NCBI RefSeq assembly: GCF_006345805.1
Contig: NC_043001.1
Span: 40,486,001 to 40,550,000, forward strand
DNA: 64,000 nucleotides
Source: Octopus sinensis
Taxonomy: Eukaryota
Reading direction: 5' to 3'
The notes under the pieces were generated by a model, which was not told the DNA's origin, did not search any database, and was given only the letters and a program-made list of their open reading frames with translations. The translations under genes and the position numbers were made by a program. Numbering within the stretch: position 1 is the first letter of the stretch; every line of letters starts with the position of its first letter. Below are positions 50,215 to 59,945 of this stretch, piece after piece.

Positions 50215-53200
50215 CATCTTCACTTAATATTTGCTTTCCATGCTGGCATGGATTGGATTATTTGACTGGAGCTGGTAAGGCTGGGGTCTGCAACAGACTC
50301 CATTGTCTGTTTTCGCATGGTTTCTGCAGCTGGCTGCCTTTCCTAATGCCAACAGAGTGTACTCGGTACTTTTAACATGGCATCAGCATCAATTATAGTC
50401 TGCTTTTCATATAAGTCTTTGTAGTTACTACTGTTCCGTTTCTCAGTTTCTTAAATGTGAGTCACCCCTACAAGAACCTGCTCTGCCCCACCTCTTCTCA
50501 TCTTGCTAGTATAAAGACCCTCCCCTTGTGTTTTGTAGGTTTGCAAGCTGTATGGTAACTTCACGAGTGCTGGTGGCATGAGAAAAGTACACTAAGGTGG
50601 TTGGTATTAGCAAGGGTATCCCGTTGTAGAAACTGGAGCACAATACAGTTTTTGCATCCATCAGATCCTGTAAAGCCATCCGACCCATGCCATCATGGAA
50701 CAGGGATATTAAATGATGACAATGATTTATATATCATCATCATCTTTTTATGTCTATTATGCTGGCATAGGTTGGACAGACACTTGCCTAAGGTATCACA
50801 TAATGGGACTGAACTTACACATCATCATCTTATGTCTGCTTTCCATACTGGCATGGGTTTGATGGTTTGAGGACCATGTCGTGATCCAATATCAGTTTTG
50901 GTATAGCTTCTACTACTGGATGCCTTTTCTAACACCAACCACTTCACAGAGTATACTGGGTGCTATTTCAAAGCATAAGTATCAGTGAGATTGTTTTGTA
51001 ACTTGCAAGACTAAAATGCTTAAGAGTTTCCATCACTGAAAGAACATGAGAGAGGAAGGATTTAAGGCTAAAGTACAACACGAGGAATAAATTTATTGTG
51101 AATGGGTCATAATGGAGAAAGTAATTTTATAAATACTATTGAAGGAAGGAGTATGAAAGAGTGAGGGGACAGGAATGGGGATTAGTGAGAGAGAGGGACA
51201 GTAGTAGTAGTAGTAGTAGTAGTACTACTACTACTACTACTACTACTACTAAGAAGAAGAATGATGATATGGATGTAGAGAAGGGGCCCAGTGCTATCCT
51301 TTATTAAGGAAATTTGAAAGCGAGAAAGACAAGGGTGGTGAGAATCTGGAGAGAGTCACTGAAAGGCAGAGGGTGGGGAAATAGAACTATTTAAACATAT
51401 ATATGAATAAAATATGCAGATGTGGTTAAGATGTTTGCTTCCCAGTCATATAGTTTCAGGTTCAGTCCTACTGTGTGGTATCTTCAGCAAATGTCTTCTG
51501 TTATTGCTCTAGGCCAACCAAAACCATGTGACTGAATTTGGTTGCCTGTTGTGTGTGTGTGTGTGTGTTCTAAGATCTGCCTGACCAACTCTGCTATGAT
51601 GTGGTTGGTTGAAAATATTTTTGAAATTTCTTTTCTTGTCTGTGTTTTATACAGGAAGCTGTTTATTTGAAAAGAGTTGCAGAGATGGATCAGATTACTG
51701 ATTGCCGTGACCAACAGAAGCAAATGTTTGAAGATTTAAGGAAACAGCGCCTGGATGAGTTCATGACAGGCTTCAGTACAATTACTAACAGACTCAAGGA
51801 GATGTATCAAATGATCACACTTGGAGGAGATGCTGAATTAGAACTTGTTGATTCTCTAGATCCCTTTTCTGAGGGTATTGTCTTCAGGTAATTATTTCTA
51901 TCTGAAATTCTTACTCAAAAGTTCTTTCTGCCTTTATTCACCATGCATTACACTTGTACAGAGTAAGTTTGTTCTAATGCTTTAAAATTTAACATTGCAT
52001 ATCACAAGCTTCTTGACATGTGCACACTGACTGTAAACAAAGCATTATTGCTCATACAAAGAAGTTTATTTGCCTTTCTGTAAAACCATCCCCTGGTCTT
52101 GTTCAATAAGCAGGAGGGATTATTACCCTGTTGGAAACAAGTTTGGTGACAGGATGGATATCTGACCATAGAAAATTCTGCCTTGACAAAATCTCATCTG
52201 ACCCATGTAAACATGGAAAAGTAGACATTGAAACAATGATGATAATGGTGATCCTCATAACACAGAATGTTTAAATCTATATGCAAGAATGAGGAAACAT
52301 GTCTATTAAAAATTGCTCAAGTGTCATGGATTCTAAATGAAACAATGCAAATTTGTAAATGTTTTAGCATAAAGTAGATTATCCAGATGTAAATCTGGAT
52401 AATGTTGACTTTAAATTTCATAATATAGAGCTTTTATCAGTGAGAATCAAAAGAAATAAATACTGAAATGGAATAGCAGCATGTAATATATAACAGTATG
52501 TGTATTCTTATAGATAGATTTTTTTTAGTATAGATAAGTGAAACAAATACATAAATATAAACTGTTGGTGGCCAACTTCAGAAGAGATGAGTAAATGCCT
52601 GACAGATAAAGAATTAGATATTCTCTTTATTTCTAATTGCAGCTATAAAAAATATTTAGAAGTTAATGCTGAATTAACCACAACCAATATTTAAAGAATC
52701 ATGTGTTGATTCACACAGCTTAAATAGATATTACTGAAATAGCATGTCTTATGAGACCTCGATGTGATTGTTTAGCAGCATAAAAGTAATGTGTTGGTTC
52801 ATACAGTTATCTCTCTGCTATATTACTATGAAAGTATTTTTTAGTTTGTATTTTTTCAATTAATACAGTTCATACAAAAATGTATTTCTTCTGATATGCT
52901 TAAGTTATGAAAAGAATTAGCCCACAGTTTTTCAATAAATACTAGCTTTGTATTTTTGAAGTAAATTATTTTTGCGAATGGTTTTAAGGCTAACTTGATA
53001 CGAATTAATCCTTTTCTCCTTAAGCAATATTACTAAATATAATTCATAATTTTGTTTAATTAACAAAATAATAATTTTTTAAATTCCAGTGTTCGTCCAC
53101 CAAAGAAATCTTGGAAGAATATATCCAACCTGTCTGGTGGAGAGAAAACACTTAGTTCTTTAGCTTTGGTATTTGCTTTGCATCACTTCAAGCCAACTCC

Positions 53201-55029
53201 TCTTTATGTCATGGATGAGATTGATGCTGCTTTGGATTTCAAAAATGTCTCCATTGTTGCTAACTATATTAAGGTAAGATAAAAAAAAAAAAACTGCCTT
53301 TTGATGATTTTTATCCTTCATATGTTGAAGAAACTATGAAAATCTATTGTTAGCATAAAGCAGAATTGTAAGAGTGGATGTATGAGAATGAATAATTCAA
53401 TGTTGGCTGGCTTAACATAGTATTCAAATATTTCAAAATGGATAAACAGCTATTGTTTTATCTATTGTAGTTATTTTATTATAAACTATTAAAAATATAT
53501 ATACTTTTTCTTTGTTCTGAATAGACAACACCAGAAAAGAAAAAAAAATTCAAATGTTTTGTTTTCTCGTTTAACATCTGCTTTCCATGTTGGCATGGGT
53601 CGAACGGTTTGACTGAAAACTCAAGCTCAGCATATTGCCCAACAATTGAAGGATGCTTTTAATGGGCCAGTTATGTGACACTGTCATTGGCCACGACTAT
53701 GATCTCACTTGACGTCACTGCCTCCATGAGGCAGGCCCAACATATGAATGGTGATTTTTTTGTGCCAGTGCACAGCACTGTCATTGGCCACGATTACAAT
53801 TTCACTTGTTCAACTGGTCTTCACAAGCACACCATATCACCCAATGATTGAAGGGTGCTTTTGACGGGCTAGCTATGTAACACTGGTTTGACAGGTCTTC
53901 TCAAGCACGGCATATCTCCAAAGGTCTTGGTTGCTTGTTATTGCCTCTGTGAAGCCCAACATTCAAGGATCATGCTTCACCACCTCATCCCATGTCTTCC
54001 TGGATCTACTTTTTCCACAAGTTCCCTCCACCATTAGAGTGTGCGATACTTCCACATCCATATGCATCGCTTGACCATACCAGCGCAGTTGTCTCTCTTG
54101 CATACCATATCTGATGCTTCTTATGTCCGACTTTTCTCTCAGGATGCTTACACTCTGTCATGCAAGCACACTGACATTATACATCCAGCAGAGCATACTA
54201 GCTTTATTTCTTACAAGCCTATGCATGTCCTCAGCAGTCACAATCCATGTTTTACTGCCATGTAGCATGGCTGTTCATACACATGCATCATACAGTCTGC
54301 CTTTTACTCTGAGCGAGAGGCCCTTTGTCACCAGCAGAGGTAAGAGCTCTCTGAACTTTGCCCAGGCTATTCTTATTCTAGCAGCTATGTTCTCAGAGTA
54401 TCCACATGTGCTATTGACTTGGTCACCTAGGTAATGGAAGCTATCAACTACTTCTAGTTTTTCCCCTTGGTATGTGATGGAATCTATTTTCTGTATATTT
54501 TTGGTGTTTATTGTACTTGTGTACCTTCTACACACAAAAACTATCTTCCCTGCTAACCTTCTTCTGATATTGCTGCATCTCTTATATGTCCATAGCTTAC
54601 ACCAGGTACATCTTATGGAGTTTCTACCTATGCCTTTTCTACAATTGTTTGTTTTTACTAGTCCATAACTTTTATTATAAACATTTAAAAAATTTATCAT
54701 GATTACAGAATTATTCTTATATTCACTTTGTCACATACCTGTGGAATAGTATCATTTTTTTTTTTGGAAGTTGTGTCTATTTGCAATTTTTGTTTTAAAT
54801 TAATGCAATTATAATAGTATTTCATATATAAGTAAATAGTATAAGTTTATAATAATTTTTATTGCAGGAACGGACAAAAAATGCCCAGTTTATCATAATC
54901 TCTCTTCGAAATAACATGTTTGAATTGGCAGATAGACTGGTGGGAATTTACAAGACTGACAATTGTACTAAATCATTGACAATTAATCCTCAGAAGTTGA
55001 GTAAAACACTGTTGGAATGTGATGCATAG
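12135..55029 (+). CDS. SMC4: Structural maintenance of chromosomes protein 4 (condensin SMC4), spliced CDS of 26 exons, 1281 aa
   Basis: Manual exon joining gives one open frame of 3846 nt. It has Walker A GPNGSGKS, RFLILQGEVEQ, hinge motifs (GRLGDLGAID, SGTISGGG), signature LSGGEKTLSSLAL, Walker B/D-loop YVMDEIDAALD and SMC4-specific VRPPKKSWKNI. Confidence 0.98.
12690..13620 (+). mobile_element. RTE-type LINE RT relic
   Basis: IKLMESVMKV, FVPGR..TTDA, FEKGFDSVP, later YFGDLISSGG. Confidence 0.7.
14529..14671 (+). CDS. SMC4: SMC4 coding exon 2 (GPRLMISHIENYFFKSYA...GPFHK)
   Basis: ag/gt boundaries; SMC N-terminal head motif. Confidence 0.96.
14846..15928. mobile_element. Non-autonomous piggyBac-type element
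   Basis: Perfect 12-bp TIR CCCTTTCGTTAC/GTAACGAAAGGG with TTAA on both sides; internal ~100-bp direct repeat; subterminal GGGCGG(C)TTTGG repeats. Confidence 0.85.
16437..16582. mobile_element. hAT-type MITE
   Basis: TIR CAGTCATGGGCAA / TTGCTCATGCCTG; flanks cttaaaag and ctttcaag match 6/8 as a decayed 8-bp TSD. Confidence 0.6.
16669..16863 (+). CDS. SMC4: SMC4 coding exon 3 (Walker A GPNGSGKSNVIDSMLFVFG)
   Basis: ag/gtaagt boundaries, 195 nt, phase 0/0. Confidence 0.98.
17088..17630. mobile_element. Tigger/pogo-like non-autonomous element
   Basis: Starts TA|CAGTAATGCCTTGATACATGAG; degenerate complementary end ...CTCGTAAACTGAG...TATTACTATA. Confidence 0.45.
18100..19540 (+). mobile_element. 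pogo/Tigger-like (DDE_1) transposase relic split by later SINE insertions
   Basis: Decayed motifs PPYIILKKK, GHEESW, LDVFRCHSMQKVK (about 18270-18470), DAW...ICSFF, and GVSNALD (about 19345). Confidence 0.55.
18943..19190 (+). mobile_element. tRNA-headed SINE family D
   Basis: A/B-box-like head followed by TTCTTGAGCAAA...TTGCTCCAGTCCACTCAGC core; related inverted copy at 55758-56088. Confidence 0.7.
20346..20845 (+). pseudogene. Decayed partial duplicate of SMC4 exon 4 and its donor
   Basis: 20346-20420 and 20734-20845 match 21314-21500 (6 mismatches in the first 71 nt); in-frame TGA and TAA; interrupted by a retro-element. Confidence 0.9.
20421..20733 (+). mobile_element. Young RTE-tail retro-element ending in (GAT)n, inserted in the exon-4 duplicate
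   Basis: CpG-intact; ends CCGTCCAACCCATGCTAGCATGGAAAGCGGACGTTAAAC(GAT)n; 5' end has two near-identical ~45-bp tandem units. Confidence 0.85.
21255..21434 (+). CDS. SMC4: SMC4 coding exon 4 (PGDEEY...DLDHNRFLILQ)
   Basis: gcag/gtaaga boundaries; Q-loop. Confidence 0.98.
22466..22630 (+). CDS. SMC4: SMC4 coding exon 5 (GEVEQIAMMKPK...LRGEK)
   Basis: atag/gttttt boundaries, 165 nt. Confidence 0.97.
24468..24871 (-). mobile_element. tRNA-headed SINE (family A), full length
   Basis: - strand A box TGGCTGTGTGG and B box GGTTCAGTCCC; internal (TA/CA)n; near-identical to 26615-27012. Confidence 0.9.
25281..25408 (+). CDS. SMC4: SMC4 coding exon 6 (LNRVKAVEKEK...)
   Basis: ttag/gtaagt; phase 0/2. 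Confidence 0.96.
25723..25863 (+). CDS. SMC4: SMC4 coding exon 7 (coiled coil)
   Basis: aaag/gtaaga; phase 2/2. Confidence 0.92.
25996..26540 (+). mobile_element. Older family A SINE interrupted by a MITE
   Basis: Head at 25996-26090; 3' half at 26320-26540. Confidence 0.7.
26121..26315. mobile_element. Tc1/pogo-type MITE inserted in a SINE
   Basis: Perfect 19-bp inverted repeat 26128-26146 / 26297-26315, plus an inner TIR-like end (TTCGTAAACTAAGGTACTACTG-TA) near 26221-26244. Confidence 0.6.
26615..27012 (-). mobile_element. tRNA-headed SINE (family A), full length
   Basis: Same structure and diagnostic variants as 24468-24871. Confidence 0.9.
27871..28021 (+). CDS. SMC4: SMC4 coding exon 8 (EYEALVKE...QELKK), GC donor
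   Basis: ttag acceptor; phase-0 end needed for exon 9 places the donor at gcaagt (28022). Confidence 0.88.
28052..30468 (-). mobile_element. Internally deleted piggyBac-like transposon relic
   Basis: TTAA at 28048 and 30469; TIR C(T/C)CTTTAGTGTT. Decayed transposase pieces on - strand: PNAQPLNYLFLFLPKSCF, TVVEETN, EMRAFF, and C-terminal YRCSFCKVPLCK. Confidence 0.85.
30841..30984 (+). CDS. SMC4: SMC4 coding exon 9 (IGEFKSIPEE...KIETK)
   Basis: ttag/gtgaac; 144 nt. Confidence 0.95.
31274..31351 (+). CDS. SMC4: SMC4 coding exon 10 (DLQEEKDK...SKSQ)
   Basis: ttag/gtagaa; 78 nt. Confidence 0.94.
31702..31823 (+). CDS. SMC4: SMC4 coding exon 11 (YNVAQSELDIYLS...)
   Basis: atag/gttaat; phase 0/2. 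Confidence 0.95.
33007..33115 (+). CDS. SMC4: SMC4 coding exon 12 (QIKDMEQKIP...SSEQ)
   Basis: ttag/gtaaaa; phase 2/0. Confidence 0.94.
33690..34300 (-). mobile_element. mariner transposase relic
   Basis: - strand HHDNAQPH (34026-34049) and HSPYSPDL (33947-33970), hallmark mariner motifs; frame is disrupted. Confidence 0.8.
34528..34923 (+). mobile_element. RTE 3'-end fragment with (GAT)n tail directly upstream of exon 13
   Basis: Contains GACCTTTGGC...CTTGAGAAGACCC and the shared tail. Confidence 0.8.
34971..35102 (+). CDS. SMC4: SMC4 coding exon 13 (LRNARLK...PGILGRL)
   Basis: gaag/gtaagt; hinge start. Confidence 0.96.
35698..35900 (+). CDS. SMC4: SMC4 coding exon 14 (GDLGAIDSKFDCAISTAC...TFICLDK)
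   Basis: acag/gtaagc; hinge. Confidence 0.98.
37004..37325. mobile_element. piggyBac-type MITE
   Basis: Imperfect TIR CCCATTACCCAGC / GCTGGGGAAGGGG (11/13), flanked by TTAG and TTAA. Confidence 0.6.
38086..38270 (+). CDS. SMC4: SMC4 coding exon 15 (PESVPRLFDLVK...VVTLQGALIDIS)
   Basis: tcag/gtcagt; hinge. Confidence 0.98.
39159..39268 (+). CDS. SMC4: SMC4 coding exon 16 (GTISGGG...KALVK)
   Basis: tcag/gtaaat; phase 1/0. Confidence 0.96.
39550..40950 (+). mobile_element. RTE-type LINE 3' fragment with CT-rich tail
   Basis: KVLVSRK...SGKWPCLICRK..., YLGD..SSG, ELLPLLATK, GSEIWAL; homologous to other copies. Confidence 0.8.
40976..41290 (-). mobile_element. RTE-tail element, minus orientation
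   Basis: Reverse complement of the 20421-20733 tail. Confidence 0.8.
41652..41774 (+). CDS. SMC4: SMC4 coding exon 17
   Basis: tcag/gtaagt; 123 nt of coiled coil. Confidence 0.93.
42760..43330 (-). mobile_element. piggyBac transposase relic (catalytic region)
   Basis: - strand reads KYDPLFKIK...LSINE...KG*RHFQQHMP*K and an acidic N-terminus (ORF 43056-43313), resembling the DDE_Tnp_1_7 motifs DPLFKIRP, LSIDE and KGR..FKQYMPxKP. Confidence 0.7.
43687..43813 (+). CDS. SMC4: SMC4 coding exon 18 (ALSEQE...APDKAEV...)
   Basis: tcag/gtaagc; phase 0/1. Confidence 0.93.
44416..44467 (+). CDS. SMC4: SMC4 coding exon 19 (52 nt)
   Basis: atag/gtgaga; phase 1/2 bridges exons 18 and 20. Confidence 0.9.
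44549..44696. mobile_element. piggyBac-type MITE (148 bp)
   Basis: TIR CCCTTTAGCA/TGCTAAAGGG, TTAA at 44545 and 44697; a related inverted piece lies at about 3300-3398. Confidence 0.8.
45237..45374 (+). CDS. SMC4: SMC4 coding exon 20 (LHKEIMDIGGNKLKAVQ...)
   Basis: gtag/gtttgt; phase 2/2. Confidence 0.95.
45984..46350 (+). mobile_element. Family A head fused to an RTE-type tail (also at 19545-19915 and 57795-58100)
   Basis: tRNA-like head and (TA)(TG)n followed by ...GGAAGGGCATC...ACCCATGC...ATGGAAA tail. Confidence 0.65.
46851..46995 (+). CDS. SMC4: SMC4 coding exon 21 (NLKKSQEK...SEVK)
   Basis: ttag/gtatga; phase 2/0. Confidence 0.95.
48396..48569 (+). CDS. SMC4: SMC4 coding exon 22 (EKIENHEK...KHWKKQ)
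   Basis: gcag/gtatga; 174 nt. Confidence 0.95.
49130..49349 (-). mobile_element. tRNA-headed element containing a degenerate minimal hammerhead-ribozyme motif
   Basis: A box TGGTGTAGTGG (49343-49333), B box GAGTTCGATTCC (49300-49289), short (AAT)n, then GAGAC-CTAATGA-A-GGCTG-loop-CAGCT-GAAAC-ATT-GTGTT (49230-49185). Confidence 0.6.
49447..49626 (+). CDS. SMC4: SMC4 coding exon 23 (LSQLTLH...MKPNLTAINEYREK)
   Basis: ttag/gtaaag; 180 nt. Confidence 0.95.
50145..50212. repeat. (TA)n microsatellite
   Basis: Direct reading. Confidence 0.95.
51200..51250. repeat. (AGT)8(ACT)9 head-to-head microsatellite palindrome
   Basis: Perfect spacerless 48-bp palindrome at 51200-51247. Confidence 0.95.
51655..51887 (+). 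CDS. SMC4: SMC4 coding exon 24 (...TLGGDAELELVDSLDPFSEGIVF)
   Basis: acag/gtaatt; matches the ORF track. Confidence 0.98.
53090..53273 (+). CDS. SMC4: SMC4 coding exon 25 (LSGGEKT signature, Walker B DEIDAALD)
   Basis: ccag/gtaaga; phase 2/0. Confidence 0.98.
53570..54660 (-). mobile_element. 5'-truncated RTE-type LINE including its 3' UTR
   Basis: ORF 54275-54700: RKGIGRNSIRCTWCKLWTYKRC...LEVVDSFHYLGDQV...ARIRIAWAKFRELLPLL; continues into the shared 3' tail. Confidence 0.9.
54868..55029 (+). CDS. SMC4: SMC4 terminal coding exon 26 (ERTKNAQFIIISLRNNMFE...ECDA*)
   Basis: gcag acceptor; TAG at 55027-55029. Confidence 0.97.
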   Translation, partial: ERTKNAQFIIISLRNNMFELADRLVGIYKTDNCTKSLTINPQKLSKTLLECDA

Positions 55030-55335
55030 AAACATTTTATATTATTCTTTTCTTACTCTCACTTTATCTTTTTGGATTGGATTTTATTTCTACTCTACAC
55101 AAGTTACTCTTCACTTTGGTATGACTGTGATCAAATAATGTTTGAATGTGATTTAACTGTGACAATGCAAGTTGTTGCTAAGGAGTTAAGACATCGAAGA
55201 ACTTTTGAGCTTAATGCCTTTCTCTTTTGAAGATCTATGTGTATATATATATATTTCACTATTCCATTCATTTATAGCTAAACATCCAAAAATCAATTTG
55301 AGATGATATAGAACTGAATTATATTACAACCGAAA

Positions 55336-55341
55336 AATAAA
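55336..55341 (+). terminator. Candidate SMC4 polyadenylation signal AATAAA
   Basis: First AATAAA I noticed downstream of the stop, about 300 nt away; AT-rich background lowers specificity. Confidence 0.4.
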
Positions 55342-55757
55342 TGTCTCTGTTAAAATACCATGTTATTATCTATTTTGAAATGCCAATATTTGCATTAAAA
55401 AACAGATAACATACCCAGAAGCAAAAATTCTTGCTGTTTTATGTTCTCTTAGTTATCAGTGGCTGTTATTGATATTAAAATGTTACTTTTGTTTTATTGG
55501 AATATGTTTTTCTATTATATGTGCATACATGCACTTATCACTATTATTGGTCTTGTCCTTTTTTCCTATCTTAGCATTATTCCATATTAATCTGTTTAGA
55601 TACATTGTAATTCATTTGAGTCTAGCATTACTTCATATGTAATATCCAATGTTCTCACATCTCTCCTAATTAGTTTTTCTATTCCCTACAAGCCTTCCTT
55701 AGTCTGCATTTGCATAACTACTTTCTACCACCAATTTATGTGCGATTTGTATTGTAT

Positions 55758-56088
55758 AAAGACCCCCCCCCCCTTGGTCACGACACAGACCATGGTATTG
55801 CACCTAGAAAGCTACCCTCCAAGATACAAGTCTGAGCAAGGTTGTTTATGGAAGACCAGCAGTCACCCATGCACACCAGCCTCCCCTCTCCGCGCCACTG
55901 ATATTATCCAAGGAAAAGGCAAAGATCAACACAGCTTGGCACCAGTGACATTGCAACTCATTTCTACAGCTGAGTGAACTGGAGCAACATGGAATAAAGA
56001 ACACAACAAACAGCCCGGTTCAGGAACCAAACTCATTACCTTATGATTACGAGCCTGATGCTCTAACCACTGAGCAATGCACCTTCAC
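55758..56088 (-). mobile_element. tRNA-headed SINE family D
   Basis: - strand TGCTCAGTGGTTAGAGC head and TTGCTCCAGTTCACTCAGCTG core. Confidence 0.7.
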
Positions 56089-58672
56089 ATATATCTCAAT
56101 GGATATTGTCATCAGACACAGCCGTTGGTGCCTAGTTACTGTCTCACATATTTAACACTGCATCCAAAGTGTATATGCCTTTCTCTCTAGATTCTCTTCA
56201 TTCTTTTCTAATATTCCAGCAGTAACATTTCTAAAACATAGCTTATGTTGCCTACCTTTTACCTGAAAGGAAATCTCATTTGTTCTGACCATATATTTCT
56301 TCAGTCTCTTTCTAATCACTATTCTATTTGTAACTCCATCCGAAAACATATTTTATTTTTCTCTTTTCTTGTTGCAGTTGTTCAAACGTTTCATCCATGC
56401 ATGCATTATGCTGATATCAATTCTAATTTAGTTCATCAAATTAGTTCATTATTAAACATCCTCATGAAGACAGAGTTGTATTTTTTTAGGTAGTCATAGT
56501 TTTGAAAAGAAACTTAAATCCAAATACGAAATAAATATTGATAGAACATTCTATAATGGCTGTAAGCTTTGTGTTTGACTTTCTACCTCCACAAACATGA
56601 TTTATTGAAAAGCCTAAATGATTTATCCATTTTAATCAGTGTACTTACTGTCATTATCATCATTGTTCTGAATAGCCATGTTGCTAATCAAAGTAATCAA
56701 ATTTAAGGACAAGCCATTGAGGAAGCCTGTGTGTTTACTTGACTGGCTGGAAATAACAGCCAAATCTCCCTTGACTCACACCCTACTGTCTTGAAAAGCA
56801 AGACATCAGATTACGTATTCCTGTATAGTCCTAAAAGATAAGATGGTTCTAGTTGGAACACCCTTGATCAGGATTATTAAAATTAAAGAACAACATAAAA
56901 AACCCCCCAAAAAACCAACAACAAATGGCTATATGAATGAATCTTGAGATGTTCAGATTAACTGAAAGTAAATGACTTATAATAGTTTATGGGGAAACTA
57001 GTTATTGACTTACTTTGATTTTCTTATATATGATTTTGAGACAAGTTGATTTGATTTACACTGTTCAGCACTGAAACACTGTCATGATAATGACATTTAA
57101 ATGAAAAGGGGTGGTAGTGTTTTAAGAGGATGAGACAAAGTTGAAGCAATGAGGACTGAAGTAATATCTTTCAGTGGGAGAAATTTTTTCTAAAATTAAT
57201 TTCAAAATGCAGCTGGACAAAATATTTTTCTTAAATTAACATCTAATAAAACTTTAATATGGTAGTCATTTTAATAGTGTTTCATGTTGTATACATCCTT
57301 TGGAAATTTTGTAATTTTAAGTAGTGAAATTTAAGGACAGAAAGTATAAATGGTTCTGCTTGTAAGAAATATTATAAACCAGGGCACCGTAAAGTAACTG
57401 TTTAAGTTACTGAAAACAGAGTAGGGGTATTATTAGCCTCACAGCAAATTGAATATCTGATTGTTCTTTTGGGTCAATCAGATTATTTAATGGCATATTA
57501 TTTTAGTGACTGTGAGAGAGAACTAATTAATTTTTTGGAGGTTTTCTATTTTTCAGTATTTTCAGCTTATGATTTTGGGCTAAAAATTGTATTATATTGC
57601 ATCTGTATAGTTGTGGTGCAATTGGAAAACTGCTCTCAACACTGTCAGCTTGTTAAATGTCTACTATTGTATGTATTCCATTGACATCTATGATGTCTTA
57701 TATATAAATCAAGTCTAGTATGTGACAATTGATTTCAGAAGGATGAAAGGCAAAGTTGATCTTGTGGGGATTTCTAGAGAGTTTATATAAAGGTCCAGAC
57801 ATGGCAGTGTGGTTGAGAAGTTTGCTTCTCAACTGCATGATTTGGTGTTCTGTCCCACTGTATAGTCCCTTGGGCAAGTATCTCCTATATCCCCATGCTG
57901 ACCAAAGCCTTGTGAGTGGATTTGGTCAATGAAAACTGAAAGCAGCTCATCATGTGTATGTGTGTACATGCAAAATAAGTTTCCTTGAAAAAGTAGTAAG
58001 GGTTAGTGATAGGAAGGGCATCTGACTGTAAAACAATGCCTGAAGAATATATTTGTCTAACCCATTCTAGCATGGAAAAATGAGTATAAAAACAAAATGA
58101 TTTTTCAAAAAATAGATTTAATCTGGTTTAATATCGTTTTATATATTTTCTATAATGAGAAATTAAAGGTGGTAACATTAATTTTGCAGCAGAAACTGCA
58201 CAAAATTCTGAATAATGGAAGCAGATTTCACAGATTTCATTTGTTAGTTTGTTAAAGATGACATAGATTGATGAAAAACTTCTTGTACTATATTTGTGTG
58301 ACAGTTAGTATAGATAAGCTTTATTTTGAATTGTAGGTTAGCATTTGGAAAAATCAATTCAAGTTCAGTCTTTAGTCATGCAGTCTAAATACTATTTTGA
58401 TAGATTTAATCTTGGAAGTTGATGAAATAAGTGCTAAGATCTCAAGATTATATTAGATGTAAGGTAATGAATAAACAGTATTTTAAAAGTAGGTTGGCAG
58501 CTAACATGTTTGTGCATGAATCTTTGCAAAGCTGTCTTGTTAAATGTTTGATAGCATTAAGTGACTGAGAATTGCAAGGGTGTATAAATGTTTTAGTAAA
58601 TGTTTGATATGGTTAAGAGACTGAGAATTGCAAAGACGTATAACAGTATTAGTATATTTCCAAGTATTTATT

Positions 58673-58759
58673 TCAGTCAATTTGCCATTCAGGTTTCCTC
58701 AGCTCAACACGCCGAATCTTTCCACTGATTGTCTTTGGTAGTTCAGTGACAAATTTTAT
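58673..58759 (-). CDS. ACSM-like acyl-CoA synthetase, last exon (IKFVTELPKTISGKIRRVELRKPEWQID*)
   Basis: Strong polypyrimidine acceptor ttttgtag; LPKTxSGKIxR (A10) motif of the ANL superfamily; TGA at 58673-58675. Confidence 0.93.
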   Translation of the reverse strand: MKFVTELPKTISGKIRRVELRKPEWQID

Positions 58760-59825
58760 CTACAAAAAAGAAAAAAAAAGTGGGGGTTGGTGGGTGTACC
58801 ATGATGAATAACAAATTTATATTATGGAAATTATGAACCTGTTTAAGTTAGGTGAAATGTATAGAAACTATGAAGAACTATTTAGGTTAGATGAAGTTCA
58901 TGGAAAATAAAATTATTAATGGAAAGGTGATTTATTCAAAACAATCTAATGTAAACTATCAGTACTTTTTGTGGTACACTATACTTGCATTTACACTATG
59001 CTTTAACTGTCTTGTGTTCTATGTCTGATGCGGAGGATAAGCATTTATTACTTGATCCAGCTCTACTCAGACTTTGTCATACACACCCACACAAGTGTAT
59101 GTTTTATGTGCAAGAGCCCCATTTGTGCTTTTTAATTTCTGAGATACAGTAAATTTGATACTTATTTTGTCATCTTGTCTCTTTTTTGATTGATGGTTCC
59201 ATTCCCAGGCACCTACACTTATGCATGTGCTTAATATTAATGACTACAGAAACCTTTTTTTAGGTAATGTCAGTTTTTAAATATCAAACTAGATTGCAGA
59301 AGATGGTCAGTGATTCATATTTTGTAGCTGTGATTTTTTTTTTTTTTTTTTAGCAAAGTTACTTAATTCTTAAATAGCCAGTCCACCATGTTTAAATAAG
59401 TACTGAAGGAAGGAATAACTTGTTGCTGTTTATAGTATCAGAGCTGTTAAATCAATACTTTATCAGTTTGCAGTGGAGAGATGGGCTGTAACTAAACTGG
59501 AAAATAATGACACATTAGATTATGAGATCCATTATATATAATACATGTGTTAGTGTGAATAAAATTAGAATAGATTGGTGTCTTATCTAGAGAGACAATT
59601 TATCTCGTCAAATTGTAGGTAGTCACTCTTAAGAGGTCCCTTGGCACTTAGGAAAGAAACATTTTGTTATAAGGAGAATGGAGAAAAAAATAAAAAGATG
59701 ATCCTTTATAATCATTCAAACTTGAAGGTAACTGATTATTTACAAGATAATTGATTATTAAAAAAAAATAATTGTATAATGTTAATGTTAACTGATAAAA
59801 AAAAAAAGTTGTTTCCATCACTTAC

Positions 59826-59945
59826 TCGGCGTGGATATTTGTAAGGAGCTGTAATGGACTTGACATGTTCCTGAAGCTCCTTTTTCAGTTCGTCAGTATT
59901 GCTATTCTGGTATTTTTGTGCGAGTATCACAAATGCCATCACAAT
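59826..59945 (-). CDS. ACSM-like acyl-CoA synthetase, penultimate exon (IVMAFVIL...LQEHVKSITAPYKYPRR)
   Basis: ctaag acceptor and gtaagt donor on - strand, 120 nt. APYKYPR motif of the AMP-binding enzyme C-terminal domain, ACSM type. Confidence 0.92.

Noticed and set aside
52474-52795. Two TAGCAGCA motifs (52474, 52773) recalling miR-15b/16-2, which lie in a vertebrate SMC4 intron
   Set aside because: No convincing precursor hairpin (6 bp of pairing at best). The miR-15 family is chordate-restricted as far as I know, and about one such 8-mer is expected by chance in 64 kb.
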